This document shows, one piece after another, positions 48,058-58,069 of a stretch of DNA of 64,000 bases (its first letter is position 1; each line of letters begins with the position of its first letter). The DNA is from Thermoanaerobaculia bacterium (GTDB lineage: Bacteria > Acidobacteriota > Thermoanaerobaculia > Multivoradales > J023), in NCBI GenBank assembly GCA_028066595.1, contig JALCBJ010000030.1:8580-72579 (forward strand), in the 5' to 3' direction. Both the position numbers and the translations under genes were made by a program. The notes under the pieces were generated by a model. It searched no databases, was not told the DNA's origin, and saw only the letters and a list, made by a program, of their open reading frames with translations.

Positions 48058-48661
48058 CTCCCGGAGTAGCGCTCGGCGCAACTCCGGGCTAGAGGACGCA
48101 ACCCCTTCGGGGTAGGAAGGCAGGTTGGTCGTAGTCAGTCCCAAACGTACCTTTCGTCGTATTCGATGTCGTGCCTGTCGAGGAGGTGGCGGAACTCGTC
48201 TTGGAACGACCTTGTCGCATGGTGTCTCTCTTGGTTCCGGATGTAGGTCCGAACCGTCTCGATCTGAGAGGTGCTGACAGAAAAGGCACCGTAACCTTCC
48301 TGCCAGTAGAAGGAACGTAGGTCTCGGCTTCTCTTCTTGAGCCAGATCGAAGTTTCTCGCTTCAGTTCCTTCACTAGATCCGCGATCGCTACAGTCCGGT
48401 GGAGAGTGCAAAGAATGTGAGCGTGGTCGGTGACGCCTCCGACAGCAATTGACGCGCAGCGCTGGCGCTCGCAGGTTGACGCCAAGAACACATGCGTTTC
48501 GTCGAGGATTGTTCGATCCTCGAGATAGGGGAGCCTGTTCTTGGTCGAGAAGACGATGTGAACGAAAATCTGAGACAGAGACTGAGGCATGTTGAATCCG
48601 TCTAATGCCCCGAAGGGGCTTCTTTCAACAGCCCGGAGTTGGCGTCTGCGCCTACTCCGGG
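48058..48661 (-). mobile_element. REP-associated tyrosine transposase (RAYT) unit: IS200-like Y1 transposase gene flanked by inverted REP-like hairpins
   Basis: Left flank at 48058..48112: cccggag-N15-ctccggg plus ccccttcgggg. Right flank at 48607..48661: gccccgaaggggc plus cccggagt-N13-actccggg. Each flank carries the same two hairpins; they lie in mutually inverted order around the Y1 transposase gene. Confidence 0.65.
48135..48590 (-). CDS. IS200/IS605-family Y1 (HUH) transposase, RAYT-like
   Basis: 151 aa. N-terminal FVHIVFSTKNRLPYL (Y1_Tnp signature), HuH motif (DHAHIL), catalytic Tyr region (QEGYGAFSVS). Confidence 0.8.
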   Translation of the reverse strand: MPQSLSQIFVHIVFSTKNRLPYLEDRTILDETHVFLASTCERQRCASIAVGGVTDHAHILCTLHRTVAIADLVKELKRETSIWLKKRSRDLRSFYWQEGYGAFSVSTSQIETVRTYIRNQERHHATRSFQDEFRHLLDRHDIEYDERYVWD

Positions 48662-48685
48662 TGCGGTTTCGTCGGGGCCATCGGT

Positions 48686-51127
48686 TTAGAACAGACTGAG
48701 CTGCACCGCGTCGCCGATTACCTCGTCGAAATCGAGGCCTAGCACTCCCAGCACGGGTTCCGCCACGGGGCGGATCTGTTTCTGCACGTAGTGCTCGTGG
48801 TCGGGATCGCTCTTCAGCTCCTCCAGTGGCTCGGGACCGGCGACAGTGACGACGTAGGAGATCATGCGACCCGGCTTGCCCGAGAGCTTCTTGGCAGCCG
48901 CGACATGCGGCGGGGTCGTGGCCGTGTACTCGTCGAGGGGTTTGCGAAGAGCTTTGCGGTAGACGAGATGGTCATCGTGTCGGCCGTCGCGGATTTCCTG
49001 GACGACGGACTCCAAGTAGTCCGAGACGCCGATCTCAGGCGCCTCGGCGAGGAAGAGCCGATCGTAGATCTCGCGCTGCACCGATTTGGCGAGATCGGTC
49101 CAATCGCGTCGGACCACTTCCATCCCGGTGAATTCCACTCTTCGGTCACCGCCCTGCTGTATCAAGCCGGCATAGCGCTTGCGAGCGCCTGCGCTGCTGC
49201 CACGCATCGGAGGCAGCAGGAGCTGAAGGTAGAGCTTTTCGAACTCCAGCTCCAGCTTGCTCTCCATCTGCCAGCGTTCGGCGATATACCGGGCCACCGC
49301 TTCGTTCAGGGACGGCACCAGCTCCTCACCGATCCGGCGAGCAGATTCTGCGCTGTCTTGCCCTGCGAGTACGAAGAGACTGTCTGTGTCGCCGTACAGA
49401 ACCCGGAATCCACGCCGCTCCAGCTCAGTCTTCGACCACAGCAGCAACTCGCGACCCCATGCGGTGATCGATCCGGCGATGGCAGGGTGGGAGAAGCGGC
49501 AAGCTCGGGTGCCGAGGACGCCATAGAAGGAGTTCATCAGAATCTTGATGGCGTGACTGGCCACTTCATCGCCGGCTTTCTTCGCTGCCTCCCTGCGGGG
49601 AAACAGCTCGTCGAGGACACCGGGCAGGATACCCGGCTCGCGACGAAAGACCGCACCGTTGGGCGCCACGACGACATCTTCGCGTGTATCTCCTTCCCAC
49701 TTGTCGACATCTGGCAAAAAGCCCACCGGATCGATCTGAAACGTCCGAATGATGGACGGGTACAGGCTCTTGAAATCGAAAACCAAGACGTTGTGCCACA
49801 GTCCGGTCTCGGGTTCCAGCACGTGGCCGCCTAGATTGACGCTGGCATCGGTATCGGCGAACCGTCGGTCGACGCTGGGAGCGACCAGGCCGCGCGGCCA
49901 CAGGTTGGCCAGATAGAGGAAGTCGAATGCGGCGATCGATCCGCCGACGCGGTCGATGGGCAGCCCGGTGAGCTTGGAACGCTCCACGGCCAGCTCCACC
50001 AGATGAAGCTCGTCGAGGATGTCGACCACCAGGCGGGCATCCGACAGGTTGTAGTCCACCAGCAGTGCGCGATGGCGCCGGAACGCCTCCTCGATCTGAT
50101 GTCCGCGCTGGGAACCCTGGATCAGCTTGCTCTCACCCAGGACCTCTTGAGCTACGGCACCCAGGCCGTAACTGTCCATTCTGACGAAGCTCGAGCGCAG
50201 GAGGTGAATACCGTCGAGCACTACGCGCCCCGGAATCGAAGCCTCCCAGGTACTCCAGGGCGTATTGGTCTTCCGCAACCGCATGCCGGAGCGACCTGAT
50301 GGTCCACGCCCCACGTCGAAGGAGACTCCGTGACGCTCGGCGAGATTCGCCAACGTCCTGAAATCGAAGTCGACCACATTCCAGCCCGTGAGCACGTCCG
50401 GATCGATGTCGCGAATCCGGTCCGCAGTCGCGCGCAGGAGGCTCGGTTGGTCGGCGAATCCTTCGACCGATGCCTCGGTGCCTTCGGGAATCGTCAGACC
50501 CTCGGGGCACCACAGAAGAACCTCCGCCACTTCCTCTGCGACGCCGCCCGCATGCCAGCGGCCGTAGAAAGCAACGGAAAACAGGTGATTGGCCTGCATG
50601 TCGGTCTCGATATCGAGGGACAAGACCTTGAGGCGTGGAGAGACGTCGGCGTCGCCGGGCACGGTCTTCAGCGCGGGATCGTCGAAGACGAGATCGACAC
50701 CCATGGCGCGAGACGAGCTCGGATGCTCGTGCTGGCCGAGGATCTCGAGGGCGCCGCGCAGGCCGCGGTGAATCAAGAACCGGCGGGCGAAGCGGACGTC
50801 GGCTTCGTAGCAAGGCACGCCGTGGGCGATCAGCCGATCTCGGAGTGGAGGAGCGTCTGAGGGTAGGCGCAGCTGTACCTCGGACACGAAGTGGCCGCCC
50901 AAGGTTCGAAGCTCGGTCGGCTCGAGGCGCTCCGCGCCGAGCTTCGCAGCCCGCGGAGCGTCGACGGAACGGACGTAGAACGACGGCGTCGTCCGGCCGT
51001 CGCGGACCAGGAAGGTCCGGCCGTCCTCCAGAACTCCGTAGAGATGGACGATGGGACGTCCGTTCTGGATGCGGTAGGTCGGTTGGAGGATGAAGCCGCG
51101 ATGGCTCTGCGGGGAGGTCTCGGTCAC
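48686..51127 (-). CDS. polB: DNA polymerase II (family B)
   Basis: Exo I motif LSLDIETD, PolB motif A (DFKSLYPSII), motif C (LYGDTDSLFV). The N-terminus HRGFILQPTYR aligns with E. coli PolB AQAGFILTRHWR, so I placed the start at the in-frame GTG at 51127; this start is uncertain. Confidence 0.8.
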   Translation of the reverse strand: MTETSPQSHRGFILQPTYRIQNGRPIVHLYGVLEDGRTFLVRDGRTTPSFYVRSVDAPRAAKLGAERLEPTELRTLGGHFVSEVQLRLPSDAPPLRDRLIAHGVPCYEADVRFARRFLIHRGLRGALEILGQHEHPSSSRAMGVDLVFDDPALKTVPGDADVSPRLKVLSLDIETDMQANHLFSVAFYGRWHAGGVAEEVAEVLLWCPEGLTIPEGTEASVEGFADQPSLLRATADRIRDIDPDVLTGWNVVDFDFRTLANLAERHGVSFDVGRGPSGRSGMRLRKTNTPWSTWEASIPGRVVLDGIHLLRSSFVRMDSYGLGAVAQEVLGESKLIQGSQRGHQIEEAFRRHRALLVDYNLSDARLVVDILDELHLVELAVERSKLTGLPIDRVGGSIAAFDFLYLANLWPRGLVAPSVDRRFADTDASVNLGGHVLEPETGLWHNVLVFDFKSLYPSIIRTFQIDPVGFLPDVDKWEGDTREDVVVAPNGAVFRREPGILPGVLDELFPRREAAKKAGDEVASHAIKILMNSFYGVLGTRACRFSHPAIAGSITAWGRELLLWSKTELERRGFRVLYGDTDSLFVLAGQDSAESARRIGEELVPSLNEAVARYIAERWQMESKLELEFEKLYLQLLLPPMRGSSAGARKRYAGLIQQGGDRRVEFTGMEVVRRDWTDLAKSVQREIYDRLFLAEAPEIGVSDYLESVVQEIRDGRHDDHLVYRKALRKPLDEYTATTPPHVAAAKKLSGKPGRMISYVVTVAGPEPLEELKSDPDHEHYVQKQIRPVAEPVLGVLGLDFDEVIGDAVQLSLF

Positions 51128-51255
51128 CGGCCGAGAATAGCGTGAGGAAAAGAACGGTCGATTGAACTTTTTCGGGAAAGGCTGCGTCCTGTTGGCGAAC
51201 GGTCGTCGAGCTCGGCGATCGACAACGGCATTTCGATTCTGAGAGGTAGGTAGCC

Positions 51256-52761
51256 ATGAGAACGAGATGGTTAATTGGGGCCCGTGCGATGGTCGTCGCG
51301 ACGGCCTTTCAGATCGCATCATCGGCTGCAGCGGGGAACCTCGACCGGCCGCCGGGCGCAGTGGGGGACCTGACACTGGAGACCAAGAACGTCGTCATAG
51401 AAGACGGTACGGAGGTCGAAGTCGAGGCCGGGCATCTGCTGGTACCAGAGAACCGCAGCCGGCAACACAGCCCGCCGATCTCCATTCCGTTCTATCGCTT
51501 GCGGGCGACCGGCGAGCGACCGGCTTCGCCGATCTTCCTACTCGCTGGAGGGCCCGGGTCGTCCTGGATCGACCGTTTCGAGAACGAGGAGAATTTCGCG
51601 GAAGTCCAGTTCTACCGTAGCTTGGCCGATGTCGTGCTTTTCGATCAACGCGGTGGCGGACATTCCAACCCGACGATGTCCTGTGAAGAGCAGGATCGCC
51701 TGCCACTGGATCGGCCGCTGGACCGTCGACAACGAGCCGCCAAGCTGCAGCAGATGTCGGCTCGATGTCGACAACACTGGATCGACGCGGGTGTCGACCT
51801 GACGGGTTACACGACGACGGAGAACGTAGCCGATGTGCTGGCGCTACGCACGGCGCTCGGCTACGAGAAGATGACTCTGGTCGGGGGTAGCTACGGCAGC
51901 CATCTTGCACTGGCCCTCATGCGAACGGCGCCGGAGGCCATCGACCGGGTGGTTCTCTATGGTGTCGAGGGCGTCGACCATACGTGGGACGACCCAGCTG
52001 GAAGGCTGGCCGCCTATGAGCGCATCGCCGGAGCGATCGAGACCAGCGCGGAGCTGGGATCCGACGTCCCAGAAATCGGCCTCGTCGGTATCCTCGAAGA
52101 GGTGATCGATCGGTTGGAGCAGGAACCCGTAGCGGTGTCGGTCGGAGACGGTGACCAACAGCAGCAGGTGATCGTAGATGCGGAGCTCGTCCGCCTCTTG
52201 GCGGGATTTCAGGCGGGGCGTTTCAGCCGCCCGAATGCCTGGCCAGAGTTCCTCCTCGATCTCTACGGTGGCGACTATTCGTTCCTCGCCCGTGGCGCCA
52301 TGGCGCTGCGTCGGCTCGAGCTCGACGATCCGATGCACTACATGATGGACTGTGCCTCCGGTGTCAGCGCCGAGCGGGCCGAACGCTTTCGCCGCGATCC
52401 GGCGCGAGGTGTCCTGGGCGATGTCAATTTCGAGTACGAGGAGCTATGCAGGGCCTGGAAAGCTCCCGATCTCGGCTCTGAATTCCGCAGCGCCGTAGTC
52501 TCCGATGTCCCGACGCTCGTCGTACACGGCACTTGGGATACCTCGACGCCGATCGAGAACGCGCGTGAGGTCGTATCGACACTGTCGCATGGGCACCTGC
52601 TCGAAGTGATCGGCGGCAATCACGGTGCCTTGTACAACCTATTCGAACGTTGGCCGCCGGTATACGACCGTCTTGGCGCATTCTTGCGCGGCGAGCCGGT
52701 GCGGTTCCCCTCGTCCGTGACCTTGCCACGGCCGAAGCTGTCGCCGAGACAGGGGGACTGA
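51256..52761 (+). CDS. Secreted alpha/beta-hydrolase (prolyl aminopeptidase / S33-like)
   Basis: Signal peptide; nucleophile elbow LVGGSYGSHLAL (GxSxG); ~500 aa. Confidence 0.65.
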   Translation: MRTRWLIGARAMVVATAFQIASSAAAGNLDRPPGAVGDLTLETKNVVIEDGTEVEVEAGHLLVPENRSRQHSPPISIPFYRLRATGERPASPIFLLAGGPGSSWIDRFENEENFAEVQFYRSLADVVLFDQRGGGHSNPTMSCEEQDRLPLDRPLDRRQRAAKLQQMSARCRQHWIDAGVDLTGYTTTENVADVLALRTALGYEKMTLVGGSYGSHLALALMRTAPEAIDRVVLYGVEGVDHTWDDPAGRLAAYERIAGAIETSAELGSDVPEIGLVGILEEVIDRLEQEPVAVSVGDGDQQQQVIVDAELVRLLAGFQAGRFSRPNAWPEFLLDLYGGDYSFLARGAMALRRLELDDPMHYMMDCASGVSAERAERFRRDPARGVLGDVNFEYEELCRAWKAPDLGSEFRSAVVSDVPTLVVHGTWDTSTPIENAREVVSTLSHGHLLEVIGGNHGALYNLFERWPPVYDRLGAFLRGEPVRFPSSVTLPRPKLSPRQGD

Positions 52762-52766
52762 GACCC

Positions 52767-53339
52767 GTGGCCACGCCTCACCGACCTGCCGATCTTTCGG
52801 AGCGTCTGACCGTGCTGCGGGCGCAGGTCGGTGACCGCGATGCCTTGATTGTGCTCCATGAGCGTTACAACGCGAAGCTGCTGTACTACGTTCGGCGCCT
52901 GCTCGGAGCGGGTGACGCCGAAGATGCTCTTCAGGAGGTCTGGATGACGGTGGTGAAGAAGATCGGAGCGCTCGAAGAGCCACGAGCCTTGAAGACGTGG
53001 CTCTATCGGATCGCACGCAACCGCGCGATCTCCGTGTTGCGTCGTCGTCGTAACGATGTTTCGCTGGCGGACCTGGACGAGGAGCCGGAGTCGTCGGGAG
53101 ATGGTCGGGAGGAAGACGAGCTCTCGCTAGCCGGGTTCGATGCGGCCGCGCTCCACGCTGGTCTGGAACGACTTTCGCCGCGCCATCGGGAGGTTCTGAC
53201 CCTGCGCTTCCTCGAAGATCTCTCCTACGAGGAGATTGCCGATGTCGTCGGCTGCGGCCTGGGCACGGTTCGATCGCGCATTCACTACGCCAAGAAATCG
53301 CTACACGGAGTCCTCACGGCTCCTTTCGGTGACAATTAG
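52767..53339 (+). CDS. ECF-type RNA polymerase sigma-70 factor
   Basis: Region 2 (LQEVWMTVVKKIGAL...WLYRIARNRAI) and region 4 (REVLTLRFLEDLSYEEIADVVGCGLGTVRSRIHYAKKSL). Start placed at the GTG at 52767, which has an AGGGGGA Shine-Dalgarno; the longer ORF from 52650 overlaps the upstream gene. Confidence 0.75.
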   Translation: MATPHRPADLSERLTVLRAQVGDRDALIVLHERYNAKLLYYVRRLLGAGDAEDALQEVWMTVVKKIGALEEPRALKTWLYRIARNRAISVLRRRRNDVSLADLDEEPESSGDGREEDELSLAGFDAAALHAGLERLSPRHREVLTLRFLEDLSYEEIADVVGCGLGTVRSRIHYAKKSLHGVLTAPFGDN

Positions 53340-53363
53340 GGAACGTCTTAGAAGGAGAATCCC

Positions 53364-53786
53364 ATGAGTCAGGATCAACCCACCGATCACGACGCATCCG
53401 ATCTCGCAGAGCGACTGATCGCAGCGGACACTTCGTCGTCCGAGGCAGTAACGCCAAACCACGGCACCATCGACCCGATGTTCGAGATGCTCCTGGACAC
53501 CGAGCAGCGTTTCGAAGAGCGCGTCCGCAGGCTGGCCATACTCGCTTGGTGCCTGGCGTTCGGGTGCTTGTGTGCTCTCGCCGCTGCCATGGGTATCGTC
53601 TGGAACTTCGACGGAACCTCGGTCGAGATCGCCCGCGTCGTGCTGGTCGTCGTCATGGTTACCGGTGGCGTTTCATTGATCATGGGCGGGTTGGCGACAG
53701 CTCGCTGGCTCTTCAGCTCCCGGACTCCCACGTTGCGCGCGATCGAGCGCCGCTTGGCGGCCCTCGAGAAGTCGTTGTCGCGTTGA
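53364..53786 (+). CDS. Small two-TM membrane protein downstream of an ECF sigma factor (candidate anti-sigma factor)
   Basis: AGGAG RBS; 140 aa with a cytoplasmic N-terminal region then two hydrophobic helices. The anti-sigma role is inferred from position only. Confidence 0.4.
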   Translation: MSQDQPTDHDASDLAERLIAADTSSSEAVTPNHGTIDPMFEMLLDTEQRFEERVRRLAILAWCLAFGCLCALAAAMGIVWNFDGTSVEIARVVLVVVMVTGGVSLIMGGLATARWLFSSRTPTLRAIERRLAALEKSLSR

Positions 53787-53841
53787 TCGGCAGATCCGGG
53801 ACCTGTCGAGCCGAAGCGCGGAACCCCGTGGTGCGAATCCG

Positions 53842-54522
53842 TCAGGCTACAGGCTCCATGCAAGCGGCAACATCGTTCTGCGGCCGGTTGACGATCCGGC
53901 TCACCGGGTGAAGCTCCACGTCCTCGGAGGGCAGCGGTACGAGGAGCTCCAGGAGCTCATCGACACTCGAGTCGGTGTCGAGCCAGGTGTCGCGCGCAGA
54001 GCCCTGAAGAATCACAGGCATCCGCTCGTGTAGCTCCGTCACGGTCTCGTTGGCTTGGGTGGTCAGGATGGTGCACGAATACGTGGGGTTGGCTGGATCC
54101 TGGTTCCAGAACTCCCAAAGCCCGGCCATAGTGAAGGGCGCTCGGCCCGTGAGATGAATATGGAAGGGCTGCCTCACCGGCTTGCCTTCGGCGCTACGCT
54201 CCCGTTTCCACTCGTAGAAGCCGTCTGCCAGCAGGAGGCAGCGACGGCTTCCGAAAGCGTTTCGATAGGCCGGCTTTTCGGCAACTGTCTCCGCTCTGGC
54301 GTTGATCATGCGGTGCCCCACAGATTTGTCGTTCGCCCAGAACGGGATCAGACCCCACCGAAACGGCGCCAGTTTGCGTTGTCCCTGCGTATCCACGCAG
54401 ACTGCGGGGACGTCCTGCGTGGGCGCGATGTTGTACCGCGGAATGATGAGATCCGGGTTGCCGGCCGCGCCTAGCTCTGCGATCAGATCACCCGGGTTGC
54501 TCAGGGTGTAGCGTCCGCACAT
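53842..54522 (-). CDS. SOS-response-associated peptidase (SRAP / YedK / HMCES-like, abasic-site DNA-protein crosslink enzyme)
   Basis: Invariant N-terminal MCGRY (Cys2 nucleophile); 226 aa; conserved LLADGFYEW and other SRAP blocks. Confidence 0.85.
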   Translation of the reverse strand: MCGRYTLSNPGDLIAELGAAGNPDLIIPRYNIAPTQDVPAVCVDTQGQRKLAPFRWGLIPFWANDKSVGHRMINARAETVAEKPAYRNAFGSRRCLLLADGFYEWKRERSAEGKPVRQPFHIHLTGRAPFTMAGLWEFWNQDPANPTYSCTILTTQANETVTELHERMPVILQGSARDTWLDTDSSVDELLELLVPLPSEDVELHPVSRIVNRPQNDVAACMEPVA

Positions 54523-54659
54523 TCAGCCGAAACACCACCGGGCACGATGTAGAGACAAGGGGGTCGTGCGTTTCGAGGCGATGGATTGCTGAACAGTCGA
54601 CGTTGTCGACGCGCGAGGGGCCCGTCGAGCAGCGGAGGCAGGGGCTGAGCACGCCATTG

Positions 54660-56147
54660 TCAGTCCAGTAGGACCAATGGTGGCTCCGAGGCTGTGCTCA
54701 AGAATTGCGGGTCGACGAGAAAGTCGCCCGTGATCGCCTCGGTGGTACCGAGCCCCTCGATACGCTCGCCGTCTTCTTCCAACGAGATGCGATAGACCCC
54801 CTCGCCAGTTTGGTAGACGAGCTCGTAGCCCGCCGGATCAACGAGATCGGCTGGAGAAATCAAACCGCGCTCGACCATCTGAGGCAGCGAGTCCGGGTAC
54901 TTGCCCTCCAGAAGGTAGAAGGTCTTGGCCGCGGTGTCGACTCGCCGATAGAGACTCTGACGGATCTGGCGCTCGGCCGTGGAGCGCGACACGTCCTGCC
55001 AGGTGAATGGCAGCAAGACCGTCGCCGGTCGGTTCAGCAGCGTCGACACCAAACCGAGGAGGAGCAAGGTGGCCAAGATACCGCCGATCCACTTGGCCAC
55101 AGGGGACGGCGCGGCCAGCGGCCGCTCCAGCTCCATCGATTCCTCGGCTAGAGCCGCACCGAAGGTATCGTCCGTGGTGACCGGATCGCGTCCCGCGGCC
55201 GGCGGCGGAGCGGGGCTCCTCGGTGGTCGGGGCTCGAGGGGTTCCGGGACCTTCAACACTTCGTCCGCGAATACGGGCTCGCCCCCCACTCCGCCGGTCG
55301 CATCGAGGTTGACGGAGCCTACGCCGCCGACCCGGCCGGTGGGCGTCGGAGTCCTCGAACCGGTAGCGTTCAGATCATCGTCCGCGAATACGGGAGCCGA
55401 GCCCCTTCCGACGTTCTCCACCAGGTCGTATTGCAGCAGATGGTAGAGACTGTAGACCGCCGCGAACTTACCCAACCCCTGGTCGGACGCTATCTCGGAG
55501 GCGTGCCGTTGCCCGTCCATCTTGCTGAGGAACGACGCCTGCTTCTTGCTGATCCAGATGCCGACACCGCCCTCGCCGTCGCGGCCGAGGATCTGTATCT
55601 GACCTCGCGGAGGCACTTGCCGATATACGGTTTCCAGATCCGGCAGAGGACCCAGCAGGCCCACTTTCTCGCCCAGCTTGTCGATGGCCCGGACCAGTAG
55701 CTCTTCGATGCTGATGGGCTGGAATCCATCCTCGTACGAGATCTCGTCACCGGAGTAGAACTTGTACTCACCTTGACGCCAGGCGAGGATCTTGAACATC
55801 TGGCGAAAGGTCTGGATCCGCAGAGCCTCGAGAAGTTGCTTCCGGTCGATGAGGCCGCGCTGAAGGAGCAGGTCGGCAAGGCTTCCCGACGAGCCGCCCT
55901 GGTGCTCGGTCGCGACGGCACGGAAATCGTCGGGATCCACCAGACCACGGCTCTGGAGGACCCGGCCGAGTCCCTCTTCCACTGTCTCATTGAGAGCATC
56001 GGCGGTGACGATGTCGCCGTCGAGGAAGGACACGGCCACGATGTCTTCGTCACCCTGTACCGTGAGTATGCCCTTGCCGTCCTGGCCGCCGATCGCCAGC
56101 AGGACTTTGGAAAGGGAGATGTTTCTTAGATCGCCTTCGAGTTGCAT
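54660..56147 (-). CDS. DUF4388 domain membrane protein (N-terminal DUF4388, Pro-rich linker, single TM, C-terminal domain)
   Basis: N-terminal LEGDLRNISLSKVLLAIGGQDGKGILTV matches the DUF4388 signature (LxGxLxxxSLxxLLQ...G.L). TM WIGGILATLLLLGLVSTLL. Confidence 0.6.
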   Translation of the reverse strand: MQLEGDLRNISLSKVLLAIGGQDGKGILTVQGDEDIVAVSFLDGDIVTADALNETVEEGLGRVLQSRGLVDPDDFRAVATEHQGGSSGSLADLLLQRGLIDRKQLLEALRIQTFRQMFKILAWRQGEYKFYSGDEISYEDGFQPISIEELLVRAIDKLGEKVGLLGPLPDLETVYRQVPPRGQIQILGRDGEGGVGIWISKKQASFLSKMDGQRHASEIASDQGLGKFAAVYSLYHLLQYDLVENVGRGSAPVFADDDLNATGSRTPTPTGRVGGVGSVNLDATGGVGGEPVFADEVLKVPEPLEPRPPRSPAPPPAAGRDPVTTDDTFGAALAEESMELERPLAAPSPVAKWIGGILATLLLLGLVSTLLNRPATVLLPFTWQDVSRSTAERQIRQSLYRRVDTAAKTFYLLEGKYPDSLPQMVERGLISPADLVDPAGYELVYQTGEGVYRISLEEDGERIEGLGTTEAITGDFLVDPQFLSTASEPPLVLLD

Positions 56148-56162
56148 GGCCGAGGATTCCGC

Positions 56163-57974
56163 CTAGTCCGAAAGCATGACCAGGCCGGTGCGTACCAGAC
56201 CCAGGACGACCAGAGAAACGATGGCGAAACCGATCGCGAGCCACGGACCGGGCTCGTAGGCGAGCGGTGCGCGATAGCCCATGCCCCGAAGCAAGGGCAC
56301 CATGACGAACGATACCGGTATGAGGATACCCAGGAACGCAAGCAGGCCGCTCTCCTCTTCGCCCGACGCCAGCCCTGGGATGAGCACCTGAGCCCATTTG
56401 TTGTCAGCCAGACCCGATGAGACACGCGGAACCTGACGTGCCTTGAGACCCACTTGCTTGCGAGCTTGGTGCAGGATCAGAGCCAAGATCAGAGCTGCCA
56501 GCCCGGTGGCGAAGGCTCGATGCCGACGCAGCAGATCGAACGGCTCTTTGCTTTGCGCCACGGGCCTCCAAAGATCCACCATCAGGCCACGAATCTCGTC
56601 CAAGCGGCGCATGCTGCCGTCGACAGGGATGGCGCTCTCGGTGGCCGACTGGGCTCCGAGATCCTTCCAGCGGTCTGCACCGTCCGGGTCGAGCTCGCGC
56701 GCGCGGGCCAGAGCGGCATGACTGGGATCCCACTCGAACATCTGAGCGTAGGCCTGAGACAGATCGTAGAAGGCGATGGCGAGCTCGTCGTCGGCCTGCG
56801 TAGCGCGCTGAAAGTAACTGGCTGCAGTGTCGTATTCCTGCTTGCGGTGATGATAGACGCCGATGTTGGTGAATGCGGTGGCGCTGTTGGATGACGCCTG
56901 CTCCGGGTCATAGGCGAGCTCGGTGTAGATGGCTCGTGCGTGATCCCACTGGCCCAGCTTGCGATGAAGGTCTCCGGCCAGCTCGGTGACCGCCGGGCTA
57001 TCGGGAGCCAGGGAACGCAATACCTCGAGGTCGGAGAAGATCGAGCCATACAGACGAGAGCTGGCCATGTTGTCCACCAAGCGCGTGGGCGGCAGCAGAG
57101 CCAGCTGGGCCTCTCGTTGCTGGTACGAGAGGAGGAGTGGACTCAGACCCAGTGCCAGCCATAGCGCGACCAGCACACTCTTCTCGCTGCGTGAGCCATA
57201 CGTGAAGAGCAGGATCGACCAGTAGAGAATCAGCCAGAGCACCCCCCTGGGAAGCACGACCGGCCAGAGCAGGATCAGGACAGCGACGATATCTGCCTGG
57301 CCCCGCGACAGGACGCCCGAGAACAAGCGCGCCAGATCGTAGAACACGGCGCTTCCTTTCAGCGCCATGAGCAGGGCTACGAAAAGGCCGCCGGTGAACA
57401 GCAGTGTATAGAGTGCCCAGAGCTGGAGGTTGTTCAGCCACAGCGTCCGTTCCAGCGGCATGCCTAGGGCCAACACATGGCCTCGCAGGGCACTCGACAC
57501 TCCGCCGATATAGTCCCCTTGAAGCCTCAGGATGGTGGATTCCGCGAACTCGCTCTCGGGTCGCGCTTCGTCGAAAGAGCGTGCCGCTTCGAGAGCCCAC
57601 CGGGCCCGCTCGAAATCGCCGCCCTGTGCCGCCTCCACCCCTAAAGCCACGGCGGCGTTCGCGAGATCGGGCAGCCGCTGCATACCGAGAGTGCGTGACA
57701 GGCTGTTGATCTGATCGAGCGCCGTCTGTGCCGCCTCGCGATCGGAGGCGCGGAACGCCTGGTTCCACTCACCCCACGCCTGCTGCAGAGTCCACAGCGT
57801 CTTGCGGGTCTCCGGGATGAGCTCCACTCCGCCCAAGTCGCCCTCCGCGAGGGCGGACGGTACCCACAGCAGGGCAACGGAGAGCAGGACCGGCATCAGG
57901 GCCAGCGCTCCGCATCGCGGGGACGAGCCGGCGGCGCGGGACCTGCTGCGCGCGGCTGTTGAAGAGGGGTTCAT
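56163..57974 (-). CDS. Polytopic membrane protein with TPR repeats
   Basis: 603 aa: signal/TM, several TM helices in the middle, and TPR-like repeats (AFTNIGVYHHRKQEYDTAASYFQRATQ..., AIAFYDLSQAYAQMFEWDPSHAALARAREL). Confidence 0.6.
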   Translation of the reverse strand: MNPSSTAARSRSRAAGSSPRCGALALMPVLLSVALLWVPSALAEGDLGGVELIPETRKTLWTLQQAWGEWNQAFRASDREAAQTALDQINSLSRTLGMQRLPDLANAAVALGVEAAQGGDFERARWALEAARSFDEARPESEFAESTILRLQGDYIGGVSSALRGHVLALGMPLERTLWLNNLQLWALYTLLFTGGLFVALLMALKGSAVFYDLARLFSGVLSRGQADIVAVLILLWPVVLPRGVLWLILYWSILLFTYGSRSEKSVLVALWLALGLSPLLLSYQQREAQLALLPPTRLVDNMASSRLYGSIFSDLEVLRSLAPDSPAVTELAGDLHRKLGQWDHARAIYTELAYDPEQASSNSATAFTNIGVYHHRKQEYDTAASYFQRATQADDELAIAFYDLSQAYAQMFEWDPSHAALARARELDPDGADRWKDLGAQSATESAIPVDGSMRRLDEIRGLMVDLWRPVAQSKEPFDLLRRHRAFATGLAALILALILHQARKQVGLKARQVPRVSSGLADNKWAQVLIPGLASGEEESGLLAFLGILIPVSFVMVPLLRGMGYRAPLAYEPGPWLAIGFAIVSLVVLGLVRTGLVMLSD

Positions 57975-58069
57975 GACGGTTCGGATCGGAGACTATCTGA
58001 GATTGAAGTGCCGCGGAATGGTCGGCTGAACGCCGGGGTAGAAGGCTGAAACGAATGCCCGGAGTCGAC

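Noticed and set aside
51128-51376. polB start at the longest-ORF position 51376.
   Set aside because: It would overlap the divergent hydrolase start (51256) by 120 bp and add ~80 low-complexity residues before the HRGFIL N-terminal homology. A start near 51127 is more plausible, but this remains uncertain.
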